From Aulosira sp. ZfuVER01 (GTDB taxonomy: Bacteria > Cyanobacteriota > Cyanobacteriia > Cyanobacteriales > Nostocaceae): a stretch of DNA of 64,000 nucleotides. Where the stretch lies: positions 32,001-96,000 of the forward strand of contig JAVRCV020000034.1 in assembly GCA_034530615.2 (NCBI GenBank). Direction: 5' to 3'. Positions 18,449 through 27,779 of the stretch are shown piece by piece (positions within the stretch are counted from its first letter, which is position 1; each line of letters starts with the position of its first letter). The notes below the pieces were generated by a model. That model was not told the DNA's origin and did no database searches. It worked only from the letters and a program-made list of their open reading frames with translations. A program made the translations under genes and the position numbers.

Positions 18449-20680
18449 ATGTGGACAAAAGTTAGGCAACTACTTTGGCAATGGCGTAGCTTATGGATTA
18501 TTACCCCTAGTGTTGCCGGATTGATTCTCTTGCTCCGCTTATCTGGGTTTTTACAGTTCCCAGAGTGGACATTATTCGATCAATATGTGCGTTTACGTCC
18601 CCCAGAACCACCTGACGATCGCATTGTAATTGTTGGTATTGATGAAGAAGATTTACACGAACTAATTGGACAGGACTACATTCCAGATAGTTTACTCGCT
18701 AAGTTACTCGTAAAACTACAACAGAGAAAGCCTAGAGCCATAGGTTTAGATATTTATCGCGATTTACCTGTAGAACCAGGACATACAGAATTAGTCAAAG
18801 TTTTTCAAAATAGTTCCAATATAATTGGTATCCAGCAACTTACCGGAGCAGGCGTTCCTCCTTCCCCTGTACTCAAAGCTAAGGGACAAATAGGCGCTAA
18901 TGGTTTACTGATTGACGCAGATGCTAAAGTCAGGCGGGGATTTTTGTCTATTAGCGATCGCAAAGGCGAAAAGATTTGGAGCTTTGGAATGCTGCTGGCT
19001 TTACGTTATTTGCAACCGCAAGGAATCATTCCTCCCCCAATTGATGCACCTAGATATCGCTTGGGAAAAACTTTATTTCCGGCTTTTGGTGCAAATGATG
19101 GTGCTTATGTGCGAGCTGATGCTAGCAAATACCAAATTTTATTGAATTATCGGGGGTCAAAACAGTCCTTTCACTCGGTTTCGATGAGAGATGTGTTGCA
19201 AGATCGTCTACCAGCAGATTGGGGACGCGATCGCATCATCTTAATTGGTAATGTAGGAGAAATCTTTGAAGATTTCGTCTTTTCTCCCTTCAATAGCGGT
19301 TTTCCTTTGGGTATCGAACGCACACCCAGGGTAGAAATCCATGCTAATCAAATTAGCCAAATTATTAGCAGTGTAATCGATCGGCGTCCTTTGATTAAAA
19401 CTCTATCAGAACCATTAGAATGGTTGTGGATTTTGTTATGGTCGGGAGTGGGTGCTACCCTGATTTGGGAATTGCGATACGTTGGTGGAATAACGAAAGT
19501 TTCATTTCATAAAGTAATCGCTCCTTTTCTCGCGGCGATCGCTTTAATAGGTATGACTTTTCTGGCTTTTTTAGGCGGTTGGTGGATACCAGTTGTACCG
19601 CCATTATTAGCTTTAGCAGGAAGTGCGATCGCGGTTACAGCTTACCTGGCGCGCACAGCTGGTGCAATTCGCAAAACTTTTGGTCGTTACTTAACTAATG
19701 AAATAGTTGCGAATTTATTAGAAAATCCTGAAGGACTCAAGCTAGGGGGTGAACGACGCAAAATTACCATCCTTACCTCCGATTTACGCGGATTTACAGC
19801 CATATCTGAGCGCTTACCTGCTGAAGAAGTTATTAAAATTATCAATCTCTACTTAGGTTACATGGCTGATGTAATTACCCAGTACCAAGGAACGATTGAT
19901 GAATTCATGGGAGATGGGATTTTGGTGCTTTTTGGCGCTCCCACCAATAGAGAAGATGATGCCACAAGAGCGATCGCTTGTGCCGTAGCCATGCAATTAG
20001 CGATGGAGCCTGTTAACGAAACCATGAAACAACTAGGATTACCCCATTTGGAAATGGGGATTGGGATTAATACTGGTGAAGTTGTAGTAGGTAACATTGG
20101 CTCAGAGAAACGCAGTAAATATGGCATTGTTGGCAACCAAGTTAACCTTACCTATCGGATAGAATCCTATAGTGTTGGCGGGCAAATTTTGATTTCTGAA
20201 TCAACCTTCCAAGAGGTAGGTTCGTTAGTCAGAATTGATGAACAAAAAGCAGTTCAACCAAAAGGTGTACAGCAACCTATCACAATTTATCAAATTGGCG
20301 GTATTGGTGGAGAATATAATCTTTATCTACCTATAGAAGAAGAGATATTTTTTAATTTACCGGAAGCAATTCCGCTACAATATGCAGCTTTGGATGGTAA
20401 GCATATTGATACCTCAATGATGGCAGGAGAGTTGATAAAGATTTCATTAAAATCAGCAGAAATCAGTGTTGAGCATAGTGCAAATTCTGTAGTTTTAGCT
20501 CCTTTAACTAATCTCAAGCTGAATCTACTGATGCCTGATAGTGAGGCATTCAGCGAAGATATATATGCTAAGGTTGTAAAACAAGCAACAAAAAATAGTT
20601 TTTATATTCACTTTACAAATAAGCCACCAGATCTTGAAAAACAATTAAGCACACTATATAACTCAATCAAAACAAGTTGA
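18449..20680 (+). CDS. CHASE2-domain adenylate/guanylate cyclase
   Basis: IVIVGIDE/AIGLDIYRD (CHASE2), three TM helices, SDLRGFT, DEFMGDGIL, GINTGEVVVGNIGS, GNQVNLTYRIE. Confidence 0.92.
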   Translation: MWTKVRQLLWQWRSLWIITPSVAGLILLLRLSGFLQFPEWTLFDQYVRLRPPEPPDDRIVIVGIDEEDLHELIGQDYIPDSLLAKLLVKLQQRKPRAIGLDIYRDLPVEPGHTELVKVFQNSSNIIGIQQLTGAGVPPSPVLKAKGQIGANGLLIDADAKVRRGFLSISDRKGEKIWSFGMLLALRYLQPQGIIPPPIDAPRYRLGKTLFPAFGANDGAYVRADASKYQILLNYRGSKQSFHSVSMRDVLQDRLPADWGRDRIILIGNVGEIFEDFVFSPFNSGFPLGIERTPRVEIHANQISQIISSVIDRRPLIKTLSEPLEWLWILLWSGVGATLIWELRYVGGITKVSFHKVIAPFLAAIALIGMTFLAFLGGWWIPVVPPLLALAGSAIAVTAYLARTAGAIRKTFGRYLTNEIVANLLENPEGLKLGGERRKITILTSDLRGFTAISERLPAEEVIKIINLYLGYMADVITQYQGTIDEFMGDGILVLFGAPTNREDDATRAIACAVAMQLAMEPVNETMKQLGLPHLEMGIGINTGEVVVGNIGSEKRSKYGIVGNQVNLTYRIESYSVGGQILISESTFQEVGSLVRIDEQKAVQPKGVQQPITIYQIGGIGGEYNLYLPIEEEIFFNLPEAIPLQYAALDGKHIDTSMMAGELIKISLKSAEISVEHSANSVVLAPLTNLKLNLLMPDSEAFSEDIYAKVVKQATKNSFYIHFTNKPPDLEKQLSTLYNSIKTS

Positions 20681-20783
20681 GTAAACTCGCTCTGACTGCT
20701 GATGCTGGAGAAATTATTCTTGCGGCATTATCTCCCATTACAATAAAACCTAGCAAAGGCAAATTAGTATCTATTTTAGGTAT

Positions 20784-21362
20784 ATGTCTATTAAAAATCA
20801 GAAACTTTTGTATCACTTGACTTCTTTGGATAATTTTGAGTCTATCCTGAATAATGGTTTATTAGCACGTAACAATATTGGAGACTTTGATGATGTAGCT
20901 GAATTGGATATTATTAATTTTAGAAAAGAAAAGAATTTAACTAGATATGTTCCTTTTCACTTTTTTGCCAAAAATCCCTTTGATGGAAGAGTTCAAAAAA
21001 ACTTTCCTGATAAAGAGTTTATTTACATCTGCGTTAAGAGAGATTTTGCGAAAAATAATAATTTTCTCATAATCCCTAAACATCCTAGAGCTATGAAAAG
21101 TTTAATCTTATATGAATATTTAGAAGGCTATCAAATGATAGAATGGGATATAATGGATAAAAGAGATTATGCAGATGACAATTGCAGACATATCTGTATG
21201 GCAGAGTGTTTGTCACCCAAGACAATTAGTCATAGTGACTTCAGCCATATTTTCGTTAGAAGTCAGGATACTCAAGATTTTATTAACGAAATATGTTCCT
21301 ATATCTTAGGGGATTTGCCTAATTTTTATGTCAACGTTAATCCCAACATGTTTATTGATTGA
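20784..21362 (+). CDS. darT: DarT ssDNA ADP-ribosyltransferase toxin (DUF4433)
   Basis: LYHLTSLDNFESIL..GLL, YVPFHF, catalytic-type MAECL; directly upstream of a macrodomain gene. Confidence 0.82.
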   Translation: MSIKNQKLLYHLTSLDNFESILNNGLLARNNIGDFDDVAELDIINFRKEKNLTRYVPFHFFAKNPFDGRVQKNFPDKEFIYICVKRDFAKNNNFLIIPKHPRAMKSLILYEYLEGYQMIEWDIMDKRDYADDNCRHICMAECLSPKTISHSDFSHIFVRSQDTQDFINEICSYILGDLPNFYVNVNPNMFID

Positions 21363-21365
21363 TCT

Positions 21366-22385
21366 ATGTTCAAATTTACTGTTGGCGATATTTTAGAATC
21401 TACCACAGAATGCTTGGTCAACACAGTTAACTGTGAGGGATACATGGGCAAGGGAATTGCCTATCAGTTTAAATTAAGATTTCCTGAGAATAACAAAGAA
21501 TATATTAAAGCTTGTAGGAATAAATCTCTTAAGATAGGGACAATACACTATTTTTGTGAACAAGGAAAGTTAATTATAAATTTTCCGACAAAGGATAAGT
21601 GGAGACAAAAATCAAAAATTGATTATATTCATCAAGGTCTGACAGAATTAGTTAAATTGATACCAATATTAAATATTAAATCTATAGCTATTCCACCATT
21701 AGGTTGTGGTAATGGTGGTTTAAATTGGACTGATGTGAAGCCAATTGTAATTAAGTATTTAACTCCTATTTCCGATTCAATAGAAATATTAATTTATGAA
21801 CCATCTCAATATTATACAGCAAAGACTACAGAAGCTCCAAAACTAAATGCTTCACATTTAGTTTTGATGAACTTTAAGTCAAAACTACATAAATTTAATA
21901 AATTGCGACTACAAAAAACAGGGTACTTTATGAATATATTTTTGGATAAAGCTTACTTCAAGTTTTCCAAGAATAATTATGGACCTTACGCTCATTCTAT
22001 TGATATTCTCTCAAAAGATATTAAAGAATTCCAAGATTTTTATAGTGTTAATACAGAAGAAGCCTTACGTTTAGCACAAACTATGCTAATTAGTGAATCG
22101 GTAGAGCAAAAACTTAAAAGTCTTAGTAGGGCTATTGATGAAGCTACAGTCTTCGTGAATGAAATTGATAATGATGAAGATTTAGAGCTACTTTCAACAA
22201 TTTGCTATCTGTTGGAAGATGAGCAAGAATTAACAGTACAAGATATTGGTAGGAAGATAAAAGAATGGTCTCTAAGAAAGGCTGATAAATTTACTGAAAC
22301 CGATATTTTGGATGCACTCATTTTTTTGCAAAATAAACATATCATTCAACAAAATTTATTAGGCTTATATAGCCTAATAAAATAA
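21366..22385 (+). CDS. darG: DarG macrodomain antitoxin
   Basis: LVNTVNCEGYMGKGIAYQFK, IINFPTKDKWR, SIAIPPLGCGNGGL; C-terminal LQK..YF...YGPY domain. Confidence 0.88.
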   Translation: MFKFTVGDILESTTECLVNTVNCEGYMGKGIAYQFKLRFPENNKEYIKACRNKSLKIGTIHYFCEQGKLIINFPTKDKWRQKSKIDYIHQGLTELVKLIPILNIKSIAIPPLGCGNGGLNWTDVKPIVIKYLTPISDSIEILIYEPSQYYTAKTTEAPKLNASHLVLMNFKSKLHKFNKLRLQKTGYFMNIFLDKAYFKFSKNNYGPYAHSIDILSKDIKEFQDFYSVNTEEALRLAQTMLISESVEQKLKSLSRAIDEATVFVNEIDNDEDLELLSTICYLLEDEQELTVQDIGRKIKEWSLRKADKFTETDILDALIFLQNKHIIQQNLLGLYSLIK

Positions 22386-22547
22386 TGTCTTGTTAAAGCT
22401 AGCTAAGATTAGAGAACTAATTCAAAAATTCGGTTTTGCATTTGATCGTTTCTATTGTGCAAAAGTTCTCGCCTTTGTGTTTACTAGTGTTGCCAGGTAG
22501 AAAAACCTTCCTACCTAGCAAATTTTTAAAGACGAATTTTGAATCGC

Positions 22548-22916
22548 TTACAATCCCACTAATTCACGAGATTCAAAATCAGTGAGTTGTTGAGCGATCG
22601 CTAATCTTGCTTCTAACTTCGCTACACTAAATTGGTTACGCAGATATTCTAAATGCGCGATCGCATTCGCTTTGTCTGCGGTTAGTCGTAGCTGTGTATC
22701 TACTGCCTTTTGATATTCTGGATTAACTAGTAGCACTTCAAAGCGACGAGCTTTCCGTTGTGCATCGTTTTTTAAATCCATATCAAAGGAGGCGCTACGA
22801 TCTGCATTACCTTCAAATCGGTTAATTTGCTGTTGAACTGCCATCAACTGAGAATCTAATTCATTTACCCGTTGGGCAGCTTGTACTATTGCATCTGGAT
22901 AATAACTCAGTTGCAT
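22548..22916 (-). CDS. Conserved cyanobacterial coiled-coil hypothetical protein
   Basis: MQLSYYPDAI...LKNDAQRKARRFE; upstream ORF extension is heptamer-repeat derived. Confidence 0.7.
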   Translation of the reverse strand: MQLSYYPDAIVQAAQRVNELDSQLMAVQQQINRFEGNADRSASFDMDLKNDAQRKARRFEVLLVNPEYQKAVDTQLRLTADKANAIAHLEYLRNQFSVAKLEARLAIAQQLTDFESRELVGL

Positions 22917-23084
22917 AATCAAATAATCTTCCTCTTGCTTGAAAATTGAAATTGGGAAATAGGGCATAGGGCATGGGGCATTGGGCATTGGTCAAGAGTC
23001 CAAAGTCCAGAGTCTAGAATCAAAAGGCTATAGTGGTTTCTTCCTTGTCCCCCTGCTCCCTGCCCCTCTGCTTCTTCTGCCTTC

Positions 23085-23348
23085 TTAAGCTGCTTCTCGT
23101 AATTGTGATGAAGCACTCATCTCTGGAAATGAGAGCGATAGTTGTTCAGCTTGTGGTACAGCAGCTTGTTCCAACACTGTCACTTCGATATTCACACTCA
23201 CCAAATAACTGCCTGTATCAGCACCAACCGCATCAGCGATTAATTTGGCAATATCTGGGCGTTTTGCAGTGAGTGGATCGCGTAAAATACACCGATCCCA
23301 TTCATGTTTGGCAGTGGGATTGAGGCTGAGAATGTAGTGCTTCATCAT
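23085..23348 (-). CDS. Small hypothetical protein
   Basis: 87-aa ORF just downstream of a consensus promoter, co-oriented with the 22548-22916 gene. Confidence 0.65.
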   Translation of the reverse strand: MMKHYILSLNPTAKHEWDRCILRDPLTAKRPDIAKLIADAVGADTGSYLVSVNIEVTVLEQAAVPQAEQLSLSFPEMSASSQLREAA

Positions 23349-23432
23349 AGAACTAACCGTTTATTCCATCTTCCTGAAAACTGCCACAGAGCCATTCTGC
23401 GCTTAACCAGGCTTTGTGGGGGCTATACTGCT

Positions 23433-23463
23433 ATTATAGTACATTTGTACTTAATTGTGTCAA
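23433..23463 (-). promoter_or_regulatory. Sigma70-type promoter (TTGACA 23463-23458, TATAAT 23438-23433) with a LexA box AGTACATTTGTACT (23438-23451)
   Basis: Perfect palindrome matching the cyanobacterial LexA consensus RGTAC-N3-DGTWCB, lying in the 19-bp spacer. Confidence 0.8.
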
Positions 23464-23566
23464 AAATGCAGGTAAAGCTCAACTTTGGTGAGGTTTGGTT
23501 CTTCTTGTACTTGGCTTGGGAGGGAAATTTTGGATGAGCAAATGCAGCCACCAAACCGAAGAAGTA

Positions 23567-23734
23567 ATACCAATTCAAAAATCTCTCTTGGAAAGTTCTG
23601 ATGCCTGCGGCAACCCCTTCAGTGTACGGAGGAAACCTCCGCTCAGACTTTCCGCAAAATTCAAAATTAGGAAAGCCAGATTTAGTTTAGGTTTCAAGGT
23701 TTGTATCTGTTGCTTGATTTTGGAGAATTGCTAT
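23567..23734 (+). mobile_element. MITE-like element with an internal hairpin
   Basis: TIRs ATACCAATTC / GAATTGCTAT; internal CGGAGGAAACCTCCG and CAAAATT heptamers; shared 31-bp end. Confidence 0.55.
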
Positions 23735-24134
23735 AAGCCCTCTTTTGTTACTTTCAGCAGAGAATAATCCCTAAGTCTTATTATTGGGTTATTTATCAAC
23801 AAGCTAAGTTAAATGAGAAAATGATCATGCGATCGCTCAATTGATGATTTTGTCTAAGGTTCAGATTGGGTAGAGTATTATTCTCTCCCCGTAGTGATAA
23901 AAGAGGGATAAGTCTACTTCAATAGACTCAGCTGCATATTTCAGTCCAATTGAGTGGACTTTCGCTAGAAGCCTTTGAACTTCAGTGTAGGCGAGATGAC
24001 AGTCAGTACTATACTTTGACTGTTGCAAACATGGGACTAACAACAAGACATCAAAGAGAAGAAGTCAATAACAACGCTCGCGTTTTCCGTATTTAATACT
24101 ACTTATATTCTATCGCATTGTATTGAGATTGAGG

Positions 24135-26228
24135 TTATTCATTCCCGAATTCCTCTCCTATCAAGTTAATAAAAGATTGCTCCCCTGCAATATCATCAAA
24201 ATCAAGATCTGTTGCGGCTTCTTCTTGATATTTTGGGTTTAATTTAATCGCCTGTTGGAGATTTTCTAAAGCTAATTCTAGGTTTCTTTGGAGTGCATAA
24301 CAAGCGGCTTTGTTGTAATAAGCACTAGCATAATCTGGTTTAATTTCGATCGCTTTGGCAAAAGAGGCGATCGCTTCTTCGTCTCGTCCTAGCCGCACCA
24401 AACTATAACCGCGTTTATCCCAAACTTTGGGGGATTCTGGTTTAATTTCGATGGCTTTGTCAAAAGAAGCGATCGCTTCGTCGTATTCTTCCAACTCTAT
24501 CAAGGCCAAGCCGCGATTCATCCAAGCAACTGCATCATCAGGCTTAACTTTCGTGGCTTGATTAAACGAGACAAAAGCTTGTTGATGTTTGCGTAAATTC
24601 CCAAACGCAACACCGCGATCGCACCAAGCTTGATGGTCATTCGGATTGATTTTTAAAGCTGTATCATAGGATGCGATCGCGGTTGCGTAGCGTTTCAACC
24701 TGGCGAGAGCTAAACCTTGTTTAAACCAAGCAACGGCGTTATCTGGCTGGATTTTAACGACTTGGCTGTAAGCTGCGATCGCGTCTTCATAGCGCTTTTC
24801 ACTAAACAGCAAATCTCCCTGTCCTAGATATTCAGCAGCAGCAATTTCTTGTGATTGTGATGGCTCCTGAATATTTTCTACAACTTCAGATTTCGTAAAA
24901 TCTGGAAGCGATGGCCCTTTAATTTCCGTTAGTTCTCCCAGAATCAGATCCTTGCGTTGTTGAGCATCTAGCTGTAATTCCGAAAGTTGCGATACAAAAT
25001 CTGTTTCTAACTTTTCTAGTTTTTCCAGAATCAGAATTTTTTGTTGTTGAGCATTTAACTGTAGTTCTGAAAATTGAGATGTAAATTCCAAGCCAGATTT
25101 TTCTAAATTTTCAATTATGATCTGTTTTTGTTTTTGAGCATCCGCCTGTAATTCAGCTATTTGGCTGGCAAATTCTGTCTGTAATTTTTTTAAATCTGCA
25201 ATAATTTTATCTTTTTGCTGTTGACTGTCAGATTGTAGTTCTAATATTTGGGATTTAAATAAACTTTCTATTTCCCCAATGTTTGCTAGGGATGTGTCTT
25301 TTTGTTTTTGAGCCTCTACCTCTAAGTTTGAGATATGCGTAGCAAATTCTGTTTGGGACGTGGCTAAACTCTCAACAAATATATTTTTTTCCTTTTCAGT
25401 TTCAGACTGCAAGCCAGATAAATGCACCGTAAATTCCGACCTAGATTTATCCAAATTTTCAAGAGTTATATCTTTTTGTTGTTCAGCGCTTACTTGCAGT
25501 TTAGATAACTCCTCAGCTAAGTCAGATTCTAATTTACGCAAATTTTCAATAGTTATATTACTTTGATTTTGGGCTTCAGACTGCAATTTTGATAATTGAG
25601 CAGCAAATTCAGTTTCCAAATTTTCTAGATTTTTCTGGATGATTTGAATTTCTGATTCTAATTTATTGATAATATTATCTTTGGCTGCTGAAAAATCTGA
25701 TGTAATTATAGATAAATTATCTTGCTCAACTTTAATCTTTTCTTTTAGAGTATCAGCTTCTTTGCCTAAATCGGTAGTTATCTGTTTAACTTGTTGAATA
25801 GCATTTTCAGCTTCTTGTTTTACCAGAGTTAACTGACTTTGTAAGTTTTCTACGCCTTCTAGCTGTGACATAGCTTGATTAACAATTTCCCGAATTGCTA
25901 CCCGTCGTAACAGCCAAACTAAAGCAATTACTGCCACTGGAAACAAGCTTAATAAGACTAGCCAGATATTAAATAACATGGTGGTACGACTAAAGTTACG
26001 CTCAAAATCAGATTGGGCTGCTTCTTGAATCTGCTTTTCTGCCCGCAGTCTTGTCAATTCTTCCCGTTCCTGATTCGATATTACCGGAGTCGGTGTCACT
26101 GCTGGTGATACAGATGGTGTAGTTTGCCCACTGACTTTACCAGTAGACAGCAAAAAGGGCGAAAAGACCATAACGCTTTGCAAAACTAAAGCGTAGATGA
26201 CTGGATTTTTGCTCTTCATAAAGACCAT
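24135..26228 (-). CDS. Membrane-anchored coiled-coil protein with C-terminal TPR repeats
   Basis: Signal-like N-terminus, one TM helix, 29-aa coiled-coil repeats, about 6 TPRs (AIASYDTALKINP, AWMNRGLAL). Confidence 0.85.
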   Translation of the reverse strand: MVFMKSKNPVIYALVLQSVMVFSPFLLSTGKVSGQTTPSVSPAVTPTPVISNQEREELTRLRAEKQIQEAAQSDFERNFSRTTMLFNIWLVLLSLFPVAVIALVWLLRRVAIREIVNQAMSQLEGVENLQSQLTLVKQEAENAIQQVKQITTDLGKEADTLKEKIKVEQDNLSIITSDFSAAKDNIINKLESEIQIIQKNLENLETEFAAQLSKLQSEAQNQSNITIENLRKLESDLAEELSKLQVSAEQQKDITLENLDKSRSEFTVHLSGLQSETEKEKNIFVESLATSQTEFATHISNLEVEAQKQKDTSLANIGEIESLFKSQILELQSDSQQQKDKIIADLKKLQTEFASQIAELQADAQKQKQIIIENLEKSGLEFTSQFSELQLNAQQQKILILEKLEKLETDFVSQLSELQLDAQQRKDLILGELTEIKGPSLPDFTKSEVVENIQEPSQSQEIAAAEYLGQGDLLFSEKRYEDAIAAYSQVVKIQPDNAVAWFKQGLALARLKRYATAIASYDTALKINPNDHQAWCDRGVAFGNLRKHQQAFVSFNQATKVKPDDAVAWMNRGLALIELEEYDEAIASFDKAIEIKPESPKVWDKRGYSLVRLGRDEEAIASFAKAIEIKPDYASAYYNKAACYALQRNLELALENLQQAIKLNPKYQEEAATDLDFDDIAGEQSFINLIGEEFGNE

Positions 26229-26439
26229 CCCTATCTGTTGCTCAGTTTTTTAAAGCGGCGTACCTCTCCAATCTATAACAGATTATTAAGTTGTGAGATA
26301 TTAGCAGCAGCAATTCAGAACGCACTACCCGTTTGTGGGGAACTTGGGGTCTGAGACAGAACCAAGATGCGATCGCGTCAACAAGTTAATAATGTAGTTA
26401 AGCCTTGACCTGATTACATTGCCTCTGGATTCTTAGCAG

Positions 26440-27708
26440 ATGTCACAAAATCCCTTCTACGTTGGTGGCCCAGTACCTCCAGATTACTTTTTCGGCCGCA
26501 ATTCTGAAGTTAGAATCGCTTTCGACCAAATTTCCCGACGTGCCCATTTAGCAATCTATGGTAGTCCTGGGATGGGCAAGTCTTCTTTGTTACGCTACTT
26601 AGCTTCACCCATAGTCTGGCAAGCACGAGGACGAGATGCAAGCGCAGCATTTATTATTTCTATCAACTGTACAGGTATAAGTCCTTTCACACCTTCTGGT
26701 TTTTGGCGAGAAATTCTCAGTCTGTTGCAAGATGAAGCTGAAGGTGATGACTCTCTACAAGCTGATATTCAACAGTTATTGCAAGAAGAAAGGGTAGAGA
26801 AAGGAGACTTGCGCCGAATGCTGCGGAAAATTGGGCAGCGTGACAAGTTCTTATTGCTGTTGTTAGATGATTATGATGCGGCGCTGCACCCAAATGACCA
26901 ATACACTGAAGCTCAAATGCTCACCTTCTTGAGTGAATTCCGCGATCTAGCAGTTCACAGCAATGAAGGTAAATATCTTTCAACAATTGTTACTACCTTT
27001 CGCCGCCTCAACGAACTTGGCCCGACAATTACCCCTGGTGGTTCGCCGTGGTATAACCATTATCTCTTCCGGCTCCTGCGACCTTTACCCGCCAATGAGG
27101 TTAATTCCCGACTTAACATCTCTATTCCTGGTAATTTGCGAGCAGGAGTTTTAGAAATCATTGACGGGCACCCAGCATTACTGCAAAATGCAGGTTATCT
27201 GCTCTATGACACCATCCAAGCTGGACAAACTCCCGATATTCAGTCTTTTACAAGAGATTTTGAAAGCGCTACCGAGCAATACTTCCGAGATACATGGAGA
27301 TTTTCTACTGAAGAAGAGCAGATTCTCTTAATGCTGATTGCTCTTGTGCGTCTTCAGGGTCGCTTAAATAGAAATACCCGCTACTCTCTAGGTGACATTG
27401 ACCTAGTTTTCAGCCAACGGAGTCGAGAACTAATTGATTTGGAAGAACGAGGAGTAATTCAGCGCACATTAGATGAGGGGAAAACTGTTTACACTTTTAA
27501 TTCATCAATGATGGAGTGGTGGGTAATTCAAGAAATCTACAACACTAACGAGGCGCAACTGGAAGGACGGGAGAAAGTTTTTCTCAATTTAATGAGCCGC
27601 GAGCAAGCAGGTACAGTTAAAAAAGCGATCCGTTGGGTATGGCAGCATCGAGATATCGTCCAGTCCTTAGTATGGATTATTCGCAAACTCGGAGGCGACC
27701 CTACTTGA
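26440..27708 (+). CDS. STAND/AAA-like P-loop ATPase
   Basis: NPFYVGGPV...FFGR, Walker A GSPGMGKS, Walker B LLLLDDYD, GHPALLQ. Confidence 0.82.
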   Translation: MSQNPFYVGGPVPPDYFFGRNSEVRIAFDQISRRAHLAIYGSPGMGKSSLLRYLASPIVWQARGRDASAAFIISINCTGISPFTPSGFWREILSLLQDEAEGDDSLQADIQQLLQEERVEKGDLRRMLRKIGQRDKFLLLLLDDYDAALHPNDQYTEAQMLTFLSEFRDLAVHSNEGKYLSTIVTTFRRLNELGPTITPGGSPWYNHYLFRLLRPLPANEVNSRLNISIPGNLRAGVLEIIDGHPALLQNAGYLLYDTIQAGQTPDIQSFTRDFESATEQYFRDTWRFSTEEEQILLMLIALVRLQGRLNRNTRYSLGDIDLVFSQRSRELIDLEERGVIQRTLDEGKTVYTFNSSMMEWWVIQEIYNTNEAQLEGREKVFLNLMSREQAGTVKKAIRWVWQHRDIVQSLVWIIRKLGGDPT

Positions 27709-27779
27709 GAAGTAATTGTCACCTGGCTTATGCTTAAGGTATAGATGGATCTACTTCCTTCGGGGAGGAGTTGGCGAGA

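Noticed and set aside
23861..24046. 61-aa ORF
   Set aside because: No recognisable motif or RBS; cannot support as a gene
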